Source: Tubiluchus corallicola | Lineage: Eukaryota; Animalia; Priapulida | Assembly: GCA_030141605.1 (NCBI GenBank) | Contig: JAQGDQ010000149.1 | Location: forward strand, 431,619 to 495,618 | Length of the DNA: 64,000 nucleotides | Reading direction: 5' to 3' | Part shown: positions 39,201-50,633 of the stretch, piece by piece | Layout: each line of letters starts with the position of its first letter | How positions within the stretch are numbered: position 1 is the stretch's first letter | Program-made: the position numbers and the translations under genes | The notes under the pieces: model-generated | What the model saw: the letters and a program-made list of their open reading frames with translations, nothing else | Databases searched by the model: none | What the model was told of the DNA's origin: nothing

Positions 39201-42200
39201 TCACTCTGACTGCAAACGACTAAGTGCATCAGCGACTGGGTTTTGTGCCGCAGAAATATGCTCAATTGTGAAAGCATATTCGGCTAATTTAAGTGCCCCA
39301 TGGCACAGACGGCGATTACGCTTGCGCATCTTATCAAGAGCAAGAAGACTTCGCTGGTCAGTGCGCAAAATGAATTCTCGGCCTTCTAAATAATAACGCA
39401 GTTTTTCGATGCTAAATACAACACTTGAGCATTCTAATTCGACCACTGAGTATCTTGTTTCCGGTGCGGTTAACTTTCTGCTTATGTAAGTAATCGGGAC
39501 TTCCCCAAGACCATCCTTCCGATCCTGTGAAAGGACAGCTCCGAGACCAGTAAAACTAGCGTCTGTAGTTAAAATAAATGTCTCATCAAAGTTGGGAGAA
39601 TGTAGAACACAATCTGAGAGATAATCAGGTAGCTGGATATCATTGATAGACAGAGTTGCTTTGGCTGTTGGGAAGAATGAATATTCCGGAAGACTAGACT
39701 CCTCTACTTGTCTTGCACCAATCTTTACACAGTCATTTTCAATCTCTTCCAAATTAATTTGTGCATTATCTTTGCTCTCTGCATAGAGGGCTAGGAGAAC
39801 TAGTTCTTCTTCTCTATCCACATAAGGTTTTAAACGATTTATGTGGCAGATACGACAGTCTCTTCTCTTGCCAGATTTTCCGATTTTTATTTTGTATGTG
39901 TAATCTGAGATTTTGTCTACAATAGGATAGGGTCCACGCCAGGTAGATAACATTTTGCTGCCTTTCTTAAGACGTTGCAGCATTACCTTATCACCGACTT
40001 GGAAGTTCTTTTGTCTAGTCAGCTTATCGTACCATCCCTTTTGAGCCAATTTGGCTGCCTCGAGAGACTGATGAGCATCTTCCAGTGTCTCATCTAGTGT
40101 ATTTAGTATTCGAGTCACATACTCATCCACATCTTCGAGGGCTGGTGGCTTTTCACAGCCCCATCGCTCTTTCAGCATAGAGAGAGGACCACGGAGGGGA
40201 TAGCCGAAAACTAATTCGTTTGGCGAATACCCTGTAGATTCCTGAGGAACCTCCCTATAGGCAAATAAGACAAAGGGTACAGCTTCATCCCAGGGAAGAT
40301 TCGGTCGATCTTGTACAAGACGTCGAATAGAGTGTTTCAGGCTTTGGTTATAACGTTCACAAAGCCCATTAGTAGATGGTGCAAATGCTGAGGTATAAAT
40401 TCCTTTAACTCCAAGCTCCTGCTCTAATGAACAGGTAAGTGCAGAGGTAAACTGTGTACCTTGGTCTTTAAGGATCTCACGCGGTATGCCATACCGACAA
40501 CAAAATTGCAATACTGCCTGAAGGACTGTTTTTGTTTCAATGTTGGGCAAAGGATAACAGTCTGGATAACGGGTGGCATGGTCAATAAGTACAAGCGCAT
40601 ACTTATTTCCAGCAGGAGTGCGATCTAGTGGTCCAATGAGATCCATAGCCACACGATAAAATGGCTGAGATGGAATGGGTAGTGGCTTAAGTGGGACCTT
40701 ATCAGATTTACGTACTCTGGCAGTTCTTTGACATGCAATGCATGAACGACAATACTGGCGAACATTTCTTTTCACATGTGGCCAAATGAATTCCTGTAGG
40801 ACACGATGTGTCGTTTTATTAATTCGTAAGTGGCCAGCCGTTCGAGCATCATGAGCAAGTTCCAAAACTTGTTTCCGCAAAACTTTTGGCAAAACCAAAA
40901 GCTCACGGGGTGGAGAAGCATTCCGCTGTTTGCACAGGTAGTACAGAACGCCATTGCGGAGAAAATAGCCTTTACCATTGCGTCTCGCTTCTTTAAGTGT
41001 GACCGCATGATCAATCAGATTGCGAAGTGTGACGTCTTCAGTTTGCTCCGTTTTCACCTGCTCTAAGGGTATATCAAGTAAACTGTTTTGCACTGCATTT
41101 CCAGGAGTAAAAACTTCTTTTTGCAGTTGTTCATCACGTTTTACTTCTGCCTGAAGCTTAGCAGCTTTAGCTCTCGTCACAGCAAATCCTGTCTCACTTA
41201 GTTTCCTTGTGTCATCAAAGGGAGTTGCAGTGGTTGGCACAGGAATTTGGGGTCTTCCTTGCATTTCTGGTGCTTCTGGTTGGTTCCGTTTATTTTGAGG
41301 GTCAACATCAGTTTCTGAAGAGAAAGGTTTCAGCGCTGAAAGGTAATTATTTCCTAACAGGAAGTCAGCTGGTAAGTTATCTACTACAGTTACTGTGAGA
41401 CAGCCAGATATATTTAGCGAAGGGCACATGATCTCTATCTCTGCCACTTTACACGGAGCCTTATGTCCGTGGATACATAACAGGGACTTCGGGTCTTGTT
41501 CTAGATATTGTTCTTTTTTAACAAAATTTGGATGCAGCATTGACACATTAGCACCACTGTCACGTTGCCCAGTAATTGGTTTGCCATTAATTAGAGCTTC
41601 AAACATATATGGCAGCGTGTCTTTGGGAATGTCTTTCCATTTTTCATTATTGACGCTTTGAGTCAATTCCACATCACTGAAAAGCTGCCTATTCGACTTC
41701 CCTAATTTGTTTCGAGTTAAAGCATTGGTACCAGAGGGCGATCGGCATTCAGAACGTCTGTGTCCTGGCTTGCCGCAGCCATAGCAGACGATTCTTCGAG
41801 GTTCTCCTTGGCCTGCATTAGTAGTAGGTGCTGCACTCTGCTTCTTCACCATGGGTCTAGTGGCAAACTTGTCTGGCCTCCTAAAGTGATCAGGGTTCCT
41901 CCCCATATCTTGGTAAGAAGCAACATATTTATCAGCCAGAGTTGCCATTTCCATGCCTGACTGAGGTTCTTCTCGACGTAGCCATGTAGTTAAGTCTGTA
42001 GGCATCTTATTCATCATTTGTTCCATGGCAATTAGTTGGAAGAGCTGAGGGTAAGAGTCAACAGCGTCCATGGCCTCTACATAATCAGTTAAGGCTCGTT
42101 CAACCTTCAAGAAAAATTGCCGATATGTTTCATTCTTTGACTTCTCTAAAGTTCTGAAACGTTTCCGGTACACATCAGTACTCAAGATGTATGCATTAAC

Positions 42201-43067
42201 CAGTGCTTTTCTAACTAGAGAATAATTTTTGACGTCGGTTCGAGGAAGTTGCTGGTAGGCGTTTGCTGCCCTGCCAGTAAGAGCTGGCCCTATGCACGCG
42301 GACCAATATTCTTCTTCAATTCCATTTGTAACAGCGCAAGTCTCGAACCAGTCCAGGAACTCATGTATATCTTCCTTGTCTTCATAGTAAGTTCGCACTT
42401 TCATGCGTTTGCAAGGTGCGCAAAAAGGTGCAGTGGGGGTGGAAGCAGCAATAGGGCTCAACACAGGCATACTTTGATGCAAAGAAGTAGAGGGGGCAAC
42501 CTCAAGTTTACGCATTTCTAGTTGCACAATTTGCTGTTGCAACTGGAGAAATTCTTTGGCGACTTCGCCATCCAAGGTAGATAAAGCCTCTGCGGTTAAT
42601 TCAGGAAGCTTAATTGGCTTTGATTCCACCTTAACGTCTCCTAACACTGGCATTGGTGCGACAGTAGTCCTTTGTGGGGCGGATCCAGGTTCTTGAGCGC
42701 CGCGAAGCTCTGCAGCGACAGGCGTCCCCGTCGAAGCTATAAGCTTGTTCGTTGGGCGTGTACTTTGACCTTGGTCAACGAGACCTGAAACAAAAGACTG
42801 GGTAGACCTTTCAATGGCGCCAGCGACTCCGTCTGGCGTACGAACAGTGTCAACGTTTACACCTTTTACATGGCCCGGTGTTAGAGGTAAGTCTGAAAAT
42901 TGTTGCCCTTGTTCCATTGTTTTATATGCTTGCAAAATGTGTTGTATGTACTGTGTTTTAGTTGTCTTGTTCGGGTCTAAAAGTAACCCTAATGTATTAG
43001 CTACTTCAAATAACTGTGGTTTGTTTGATTGCTTAAGATCAGTTTCCGTGTACTGCCGTGGTTCCAT
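39201..43067 (-). CDS. Gag-protease-integrase-RNase H polyprotein with the RT domain missing
   Basis: Gag (FLDWFET..LTGRAANAY..YRKRFR..EQMMNKMP), zinc knuckle CYGCGKPGHRRSEC, protease RDSGANVS. Integrase H2C2 (HDARTAGH..CRSCIAC), core DLIGP / DQGTQF / NGLCERYN and GPY motif. This runs directly into RNase H FILTTDASFTGLGAVLSQ..YSVVELE..TDQRSL..NPVADALSR. First ATG at 43067. Confidence 0.93.
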   Translation of the reverse strand: MEPRQYTETDLKQSNKPQLFEVANTLGLLLDPNKTTKTQYIQHILQAYKTMEQGQQFSDLPLTPGHVKGVNVDTVRTPDGVAGAIERSTQSFVSGLVDQGQSTRPTNKLIASTGTPVAAELRGAQEPGSAPQRTTVAPMPVLGDVKVESKPIKLPELTAEALSTLDGEVAKEFLQLQQQIVQLEMRKLEVAPSTSLHQSMPVLSPIAASTPTAPFCAPCKRMKVRTYYEDKEDIHEFLDWFETCAVTNGIEEEYWSACIGPALTGRAANAYQQLPRTDVKNYSLVRKALVNAYILSTDVYRKRFRTLEKSKNETYRQFFLKVERALTDYVEAMDAVDSYPQLFQLIAMEQMMNKMPTDLTTWLRREEPQSGMEMATLADKYVASYQDMGRNPDHFRRPDKFATRPMVKKQSAAPTTNAGQGEPRRIVCYGCGKPGHRRSECRSPSGTNALTRNKLGKSNRQLFSDVELTQSVNNEKWKDIPKDTLPYMFEALINGKPITGQRDSGANVSMLHPNFVKKEQYLEQDPKSLLCIHGHKAPCKVAEIEIMCPSLNISGCLTVTVVDNLPADFLLGNNYLSALKPFSSETDVDPQNKRNQPEAPEMQGRPQIPVPTTATPFDDTRKLSETGFAVTRAKAAKLQAEVKRDEQLQKEVFTPGNAVQNSLLDIPLEQVKTEQTEDVTLRNLIDHAVTLKEARRNGKGYFLRNGVLYYLCKQRNASPPRELLVLPKVLRKQVLELAHDARTAGHLRINKTTHRVLQEFIWPHVKRNVRQYCRSCIACQRTARVRKSDKVPLKPLPIPSQPFYRVAMDLIGPLDRTPAGNKYALVLIDHATRYPDCYPLPNIETKTVLQAVLQFCCRYGIPREILKDQGTQFTSALTCSLEQELGVKGIYTSAFAPSTNGLCERYNQSLKHSIRRLVQDRPNLPWDEAVPFVLFAYREVPQESTGYSPNELVFGYPLRGPLSMLKERWGCEKPPALEDVDEYVTRILNTLDETLEDAHQSLEAAKLAQKGWYDKLTRQKNFQVGDKVMLQRLKKGSKMLSTWRGPYPIVDKISDYTYKIKIGKSGKRRDCRICHINRLKPYVDREEELVLLALYAESKDNAQINLEEIENDCVKIGARQVEESSLPEYSFFPTAKATLSINDIQLPDYLSDCVLHSPNFDETFILTTDASFTGLGAVLSQDRKDGLGEVPITYISRKLTAPETRYSVVELECSSVVFSIEKLRYYLEGREFILRTDQRSLLALDKMRKRNRRLCHGALKLAEYAFTIEHISAAQNPVADALSRLQSE

Positions 43068-43697
43068 GATAAACAATTACGTAAACAACCGAAACAATAA
43101 GTTGTTAAACCACGAGCGCTATCAAAGTGCCAAGCAAGCGTTACAATACTACGTCTAATTACTCCTGTGTTAAAACCAACAAAACACGTGCGCAGTAGTT
43201 TTTACTAATGACAATGAAGACTGCCAGCGCCTGCCTTCCGCCGTAGCTCATTAGAAATAAACTATAAGCACAATGACGTAATATTAATTAACTGACGCAA
43301 ACAAAGCGTTTCAAGGCTTGCTGTAAACAAGGATCGAGTCAGTAAATAAATTGTGCAAAGATTAAAAGCGAAGCAAACTGGCTATAGACCTTAATGTCAG
43401 ACAACATACTATACAATAACTGAAAACAAGATTGAACTGGGCTTCTTTAGCGCAGTATAAACAGGAATTATTTATCACTGAACTGCCCAAGGTCTGATAA
43501 CCTTGACGGACCAACAAAATAATTGCGGAAGTACATGCAAAATTTACACAGCTAAACCGGTCTAGTTATTTGCAAATAAAGGACAAATTTAAGCTACAGT
43601 GTCCGTAAACGCTAGCCGAACAGGAAAAGAACATAATTTATCAATAGACAAACGCAAACGTCGCTTACAAAAATTATGTCAGCAGAGCCACTTTAAA

Positions 43698-43708
43698 TTC
43701 TGACACCA
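43698..43708 (-). promoter_or_regulatory. Primer binding site, tRNA-Leu type
   Basis: TGGTGTCAGAA lies 2 nt inside the 5' LTR and is complementary to the 3' end of tRNA-Leu(CAA) as I recall it. Confidence 0.7.
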
Positions 43709-43710
43709 TT

Positions 43711-45004
43711 TGTGATATATGTGGTGTACCACCTATGATATAGGACGCTTTCGTTACGACACCACAAACACTTTTTGCTACTAATTACCGATATGTGCTG
43801 ACACGTGGGTTCAGTGAATCTTTCCATTTAAGCATAGTTCACAAACATGTATACAGAATAGAAGCAAATAAAACAGTTTTTAATATTACCGATAAATTCT
43901 GTGTTCAATGAGAGAATAAGAAGTAAAAACAATTTACTTTAAACCAAAACAACAACAAACTTGTTATAATTACAAACGACGTTTCTAGATGACTTACGAT
44001 AATCAGAAGACTAGTTAGCCCCAACCCAGGTGAGGGAGAAGGATGTAAGGTAAGTATACTTATCAGTTGTAGTGACTGCAGTCGGAAGCTGTCGGATTCA
44101 ACGTTTGACGATCTCCATCACTCTGGAAGCTGGAATAACGTGACTAACCGGTTATGCAAACTTCCTGGAATCTTGTGCAGTTACTCTTCCAAAGCTCAGC
44201 AGGGGATGGAATCTTACGTTGCCACTTCTACAATGCTTGTCAGGTGTACCGAAGTCGTAAGTGGTTACTTCACTAATCCTAGTGGAGTGCAGTGGAGTCC
44301 TGACCCGTGGAGCTCGTGTAACTACCATTGATACTGCGTCTGGTCATAACCTGGTTGTTTCTGCACCGGATCTCCTGAATTTCCGTTTACAGCAGTACGT
44401 CTAATAAGAATAACAGCCAGTTTATGGGTGTTTCCGCCTCACGGCTCGAACACCTAACCCTTTGGTGTGTCAGTGCCCTTTAATCACTTTCTGTCTCCAC
44501 AGTAATTAAGTCTTGACTTCGATTGCTAATGTATGTTTCGTCGGAAGCCATATTTGACGACTTCACTGGCTTAGCACGTTCGACCCACTGTCTTGAACCT
44601 AGTTTCAATTTCTAGAACAGGTAAAACTGGATGACCTTGTCCTTTAACACGACGATTCATTGGCCAGAGAGCCTGTTCAGTTGAGCATATGACCAATCAC
44701 TTACTTTCTTGTAAAGGAGATCTAGGACAGGTATAAGGTGGGACCCTTCCCAGAGCTAACTAGGTGCATGCTCATATATGTACAGTCACAACTTGCTTTA
44801 CTGTAGTAGGTAAATTCGCTTAATGAGTAATTAACTAATGACTCATTCAATTAACATAAGTAATTAGCTAACTTAAGCTATTAATGCAGCCTAAGTATGG
44901 GACATACACAAAAATCATACTAGAATACAGTTCAACTATATTAGAAGGGGTTGCAATGCTGCTCGGTAGTTCTTATATTCCAGACTGACGTCACGGACGT
45001 NNNA
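43711..45004 (-). repeat. 5' LTR of the Gmr1-type element
   Basis: Near-identical to 37157-38450; NNN at 45001-45003. Confidence 0.93.
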
Positions 45005-45385
45005 CCAAGTTTCTTGAGGAATTAGGGTCGTCCCGAGTGTAGGATTTAGTTGACACTATGAAACATGCTTTGAAGAATTGCTGTTTCTTAGCGAATTAGC
45101 CAGATTAAGTTTTTCAGCAGTTGCCCATTTTTGGATGTCATCCGACAGCAAGCGAGACAAATAACTAGCCAAGGATGAGTCCATTGAGAGAGCAAGAGTC
45201 AAAGCATTCATCACTGGTTCATATTTTCCCTGATTAGTTGTCAAAGCCATCCACGATTTGGGCTGTGGTATTTTTAGCCATCTCCTAAAGATCGGATAAC
45301 CGGACTCTATGTACACCAAATCATTACAAGTAGATGTTCTCACCCCCAGTAAATAGTTCATTAATTCCACTAAATTTCTTTGCAT
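45005..45385 (-). mobile_element. Decayed LINE ORF2 C-terminal fragment, probably continuing at about 37020-37156 on the other side of the gypsy insertion
   Basis: YLLGVRTSTCNDLVYIESGYP is typical of the post-RT region of LINEs. The flanks read IPQETW | HGITQF-RL across the LTR element. Confidence 0.6.
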
Positions 45386-45678
45386 TACATTATATCTTCA
45401 GTTTCTGACTGTTCATGATAGATACAACGCTGTACAAGTTACAACTTCCGTGGCGCAGTAGTTTGAATGCAATAACCCACATTGCACAGCATTGCAGCTG
45501 CATGCTTACACATTACACTACATTTTATTGTATTACATTAATTTTTCAGTTTCTGGCCAATTCATATGATACACAACAGTGTACAAATTACGACTTTCGT
45601 GCACTCATGTTTAATATCGTACACTACATTATGTTATGTTATTACGTCTTCGTTCAGTACGTATTTACGTTAGACAAG

Positions 45679-46965
45679 TATCACCTTCTTATTTTAAATA
45701 CCTAATGTTTCCGTTAATCTTGATCGTATAGTGTAAGGTGACTTAAATCTATATATCGTATAGATTGAATTTAATATGTCCACTTAATTTCTAATTGCTA
45801 TAAGGCGAATTCTCCACCTGGCTCCGAGGGCTTTAGATATTAGTCTAGCAAGCAATGATCGTCTTATCTAAACTTCACCTTGACCTTCGCGTTGTGAGAA
45901 AAGGTCTATTTCCCTCAAGTTTCCTAGCAACGCTCCCGCAATATGAGCGCTAGTTAATTCAAAGCGAACTAATCAGATTCGTATATCGGAAATAGTGTTG
46001 CTTGAGTTAAACACTCTAATATCATACATTAACTCAATCGTTAAATGTCAAAGAGAATTACTTTATTGATTTACAATAATTACTGCTTCTAGATAGCTTA
46101 CAAGATTAGTTCTTATGCGCTTTTGACGCGTACAACTAGTTTATAGCTTCCAAAAGTATCTCTCTGAACAATTCTTCAATTCTATCACCTAAGGTGTACT
46201 CTACACTTATCCTATAGTACAATGTGAACTTGTACGAACTACAGATATGCACAGTTAATTCTCAGTTTACCAATGTGTTAAGATTACTTAACTCTGCGGA
46301 TTTGACCACAATGTACCCAGTACAATTTGGCCAACTCCAATAGTTGATATGAAACTCTCGTTGTCCAGTGCCTAGATTATCCTAGGAACGCAGAAAGATG
46401 TCTACGCTGAACTTCTCAAGTTGTCCCAATCTCCTCTGTCAAGTAGCCCTCTTGTGTGATTCGTCACACACACACACGTGTCTCTTCCAGTACGATCGGG
46501 TGGAACGAGCGCTGGGTTATTCGAACTCATGGCTTATATCTCATCGAAGTAACCTCGTAATAACCTTGCACGATTTCAACGTCGCACGCAACATTTAGAT
46601 TTATTGGACAGCTGGGAGGACAAAGTCATCGTAACCCGTAAAACTCATCAGTCCTCTTTTCTTCAAGAAACAGTGACCTCGCAGAGTTTTCGTCAATTAC
46701 TAGTAACTTGTGCATATAGCTTATAATAAATGGTACACCCGTTTCAACCTAATATTAGCTAATTATCCTGAGCATCCTAGAGTGTCCTTACGTAAACGAT
46801 AAATTTTACTTCTTGCATCCTACGCTTTCACAGCTCATTAAATTCGAGCTTAACAGCTGAATGAGTTCCATTGCACCATTTTTAAATTTATTCATGCAAT
46901 CAGGGAGGCATGCGATTTCATACCAAAATATCGAAAATCATCGATTTATAATTTTATTCACCACA
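45679..46965 (-). repeat. 3' LTR of the env-bearing element
   Basis: On the minus strand TGTGGTGAAT...AAGGTGATA, with CCAAT and a GATATAAG TATA-like motif at about 46612 and 46533-46540. Confidence 0.95.
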
Positions 46966-46967
46966 AC

Positions 46968-46978
46968 TTTCCTCCCCT
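46968..46978 (-). promoter_or_regulatory. Polypurine tract
   Basis: AGGGGAGGAAA immediately upstream of the 3' LTR, separated from it by GT. Confidence 0.85.
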
Positions 46979-47066
46979 AACACTCACTTCAGATGTAGCA
47001 CGCATTTAATGATCCGATCTAAGATCTTATCTTTTGGAAGCTCCTTAATTAGGTACATTAGCAATA

Positions 47067-47270
47067 TTACATGTTACATCTTAATATATTATGGGACGTT
47101 CCATCTTGGAGGTCATGGTGGCAGGATACCATTGTCCATCGAGTCTCTTCGGCTTCCCGGACCGGGGTTGTGATTCCATTGATCTCTTGAGATTCTTCCT
47201 CAGATACACCCCTTATTGTCTTTACCGACTTCATCTTCTTCCCGCCTTCCATCTCCAATGGTCCCATCAT
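47067..47270 (-). CDS. Candidate 67-aa accessory ORF between env and the 3' LTR
   Basis: ATG-initiated, purine-rich ORF directly after an acceptor-like TATTTTATGTTACAG|A. No recognisable homology. Confidence 0.3.
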   Translation of the reverse strand: MMGPLEMEGGKKMKSVKTIRGVSEEESQEINGITTPVREAEETRWTMVSCHHDLQDGTSHNILRCNM

Positions 47271-47445
47271 TCTGTAACATAAAATACATTCTGCAGTATC
47301 ATAAGTTCATTAAATATCATTTCTTATACAATTATTTACATCGATCCCTCTATACCTAATTGGGTGGTTCCTCTACCATCATCCAATATTACCAGCCTGT
47401 TATGTATATACTAAACTACAATTTTAGTATTATGTCCATCCTCAA

Positions 47446-49648
47446 TTATATTTCTGTGACCCGTTCGATCCTTCTCGGGTTAGTTTTTCGGGCAGCGGGT
47501 TGAGGTATCTCCCTCAACTCCAGCTCCTCAGGGTCCTCAACATGCTGTCTAGTCCTTTTAACCTTAACCCTGGGTTCCTGTTCTTCAGGAGTCCCAGAGG
47601 GCATGTGTCTTGTCACCTTAACAGGTTGTTCGTCGTCAGTCGGGGTTTTGGTATACCTAGTACCTATTCTAGGCATCAAAGAATTTAAAACCAAAAGGCC
47701 ACTTCTCCTTTTCCAATAGCAGATTACTCCTACTATCAGGAGGACGGCCACTATAACCCCTATTAAGACCCATTTTCTAAAACCCGTTAGCCAATCTGTG
47801 GCTCCCGTCTCGTTCAACGCTTGTCGTTGTCGTTCAAGTCGTTCCCCATTTTGTTCCATGGAGGTTTTAAGGTCGTCTAAGGATAAATTGAATTGGTCCC
47901 AAGTCTGGTGTGCTTGTGGTTTCACATATTCGGGGATCATATCTACCGTACCGGGAGTTATGTTCTGTAATTCACTCAATTCTCTATAGAACCTCTCAAT
48001 CATCTCACTCGTCGGCAACTCAATTTGGTCTTCTTTCATCCGTATTTGTGAGTTCCGGTAATAATAGGTGGGTAGCTCAAAAGACCTTGAGTGTACCTTA
48101 CACCCATTCCCAATGACTATTAATTTAGGTTCTTTTAATCCTCTCTTCTGAGGATGTTATTCTGTTAGTTCCAGGGCTTGGACAGGTATATGTAATCAAA
48201 GTCTCACTAAATGGAGATACATACCAAGTCCCGGCAGTAATATAGGTCACAACTACCTCTGGGTGTTTTATTACTTTTACCCTACGCTCGCAGGCTTCTA
48301 ATGTCTTATCGGGCCGGTTATGAAACAACACGGCTGGACATGCCGTTGCGTAAGCAGTTGACCTTACTGGTACTTTTAATTGGCACGGTTCTCTACTCCT
48401 ATCTAAACATAACTCCGTATCATGATTCTCGGGTAAGAAGAACTTCGTTCTTTCTATATTGATACCAAAATATTTCCTTCCTGGATCAAGGTAAATATAG
48501 CCCGAAGAATTCGGCATTATCATTGGTATAGGTGCAATCTGAAATAAGTCGAACCTATCTTGATCAGGCTGCAGCGATATGAGGGCTAGCACCGCATATC
48601 CTTCGGCTGTAGCCAATAACATGACTTCCATAGTCTCGTAATAATATAGTAAATCTCCTTCCGGCCTTTCCGGTAAGGACAAAGTACTAGGTAATGCCTT
48701 CTGTATCTCGTACAGTGTATCTCGCAACTGTGCAGGTCCTAATAAGAGAGGTGACATTGTGCCTAACAATAAGGTAGACAACATATCCATTGTCTTATGC
48801 ACATTATCAGTCAACCTTCGCATTGTATTGGAAATACGCTGCATCAGTGCCATTATTTCAGTTAAAGCTACCATCTCATGAGTCATGATCTGGGCGTGGT
48901 ATGCAAATTCCACTTTAAGATCAGCTAAATTATATTTCAGGTCGGCAGTGTCATTCTGTAATAACATTATATGCCTTGTATTCTCCTGACTCTGGATGTG
49001 CGTATAATTAATTAAAGTCACAGATTTTTCAAGGATGTGCTGCATAGATTCTTGGGAGGCTTGTATCAGATTTAGCTTTCCGGCCAGGGCTTGTATGTCT
49101 TCCTCGGTTGCAGTTCCGGTTAGGGCTTTAGAGATTTTCCCTAGAAAGGGAAGTAAGCTTCGCCTCGATCGGCTTCCTCTAGCCCAACCGTCTAGATTCA
49201 TTTCGGATGAAGGTTCAAGCCTGGACTTATCCTTGCTTGGGGATAGTTGACGGTTTCCTGCTCTCTCAGAGGCCAGAAGATGCGCTATATCGCTCGTCTT
49301 TTGCTCTAGCTCTTGTATCTGAGCCAGATATGTGGAAGCAGTAGTGTTTACCAACACTGTAATGGCTTCCAGGAACCTATCCTCCTGATACTGGGTAGTG
49401 TGGGGTTCATCCACACGTTTAGCCGGGTCCCAAGAATGATTTCTTAGTATAATCATTTCTCGCTTTAAGGCTTCCAAGCAAAGTTCAACTGGGCTAATGT
49501 TCAATTGCATTAATAGGGCCCATCTAGATTGAGATACTTGGACTTCACCTCTACGTATAAAGATTGCTCCGGGACTCGTTACTACATTGGCTTCACAGAG
49601 TACCAACATGAGACTCCCGAACATCCACAGCACTATTCTGGATTCCAT
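47446..49648 (-). pseudogene. env: Envelope (class I fusion, baculovirus F/errantivirus Env-like) glycoprotein, about 733 aa, with one +1 frameshift near 48135
   Basis: Signal peptide MESRIVLWMFGSLMLVLCEA, furin site RSRR, fusion peptide SLLPFLGKISKALTGTATEEDI, heptad repeats, a Cys-rich region and N-glycosylation sequons. TM WVLIGVIVAVLLIVGVICYW and a charged tail follow. Removing one A from ATTAAAAGAACCT joins the two ORFs as EERIKEPKLIVIGNGCKVHSRSFELP. Confidence 0.88.
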
Positions 49649-50633
49649 ATTCTGAAAAATAGGCCAAAACATCATAGCCTTGAAAAAGTCTGGACCCACT
49701 GTACGTTTAACTCAATTAATTATTCTCTTATTCTTCAGGTTAGGGGACTTTCCTCCCCCTAGAGTAGCCCTAACCTCTTTCATGAAATTAGTAAGCTATT
49801 AAGTTCCAGCCTTACTATTCATCCTTAGATCTGCTGCGCGTAGGCAGATATTAGTTCCCAACCCAATTAGAGGTTAAGCATATCAAGAGTTCATAACTAT
49901 ACTAAACCGCTCGCTAACAGCTTCTGATCTACCTAATTTAATCTTTAAATTTATCCCGCATGCGTTGCCTTCAATTCTATTTGAATCAAGGATTTTTCTC
50001 TTTTACATAGCGTTGCGCACATTTATACTTCCGAAGCAATGCTCAAGATATTTGGCCTTTATCAATGGCTACTTATATCTTATGTTAACCACTGTGCACG
50101 GTGATTGGCAAACACTGCTCTCGGTAGCATACTCCACTATTTTTATGTCTCAAAGCTTTATTATTTACTTATAGGTCGGGTTCCTATCTGTTCGCATTCT
50201 ATTCATTCCAACCACTATTCTTTACTTTAACCTCACTTTATACTGCGTACTATACATATTTTTCCTTTTAAATTATTTACCTAGGTTTTTCTTTAAGTAT
50301 TCCTCATTTTTATTTTATTTTCCTCTAGACCAAGCTTTGACAGTATTCTTCAGTGACCCCTATATAACACAGCGTCCCATGTTAACAGTTGCACTTATGC
50401 GTGCTGCCCTCTGTAGTCCAACGAGTCAGCAGGCCTGCCTGACTCCGTCGACCACGCTTGACCTGTCTTCTTATTTCTAGTTACATTTCCTATACTGCGC
50501 TGTTCACTACCTTAGCTGAGAGATGCGCTACGACTCCTTTTGTGCCCTCAGGCACTTAACTTTCACTTTCTCTAAAATTCTACTTAGGAGGTCGTTACAC
50601 TAATGCGAACACCTGTACTCTATTTTAAAACTT

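Larger units (their letters stand above)
37157..45004 (-). mobile_element. Gmr1-type Ty3/gypsy LTR retrotransposon lacking RT; LTRs 37157-38450 (3') and 43711-45004 (5')
   Basis: 1294-bp direct repeats, TG...CA in the complete copy, with about 3 mismatches seen by eye. PBS TGGTGTCAGAA and PPT-like GGGGGCTA flank a single polyprotein ORF. The last LTR bases fall in an NNN, so the TSD cannot be verified. Confidence 0.95.

Noticed and set aside
45415-45705. MFNIVHYIMLCYYVFVQY as the missing lectin signal-peptide exon
   Set aside because: The donor is weak (TAC|GTATTT), and the region is a degenerate repeat of about 146 bp rich in TACAT motifs, so the hydrophobicity is probably compositional.
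46610-46660. CTGATGAG within a GAGGAC/GTCCTC stem in the LTR, as a hammerhead ribozyme
   Set aside because: No GAAA core or stem II/III, and the stem is broken in the other LTR copy.
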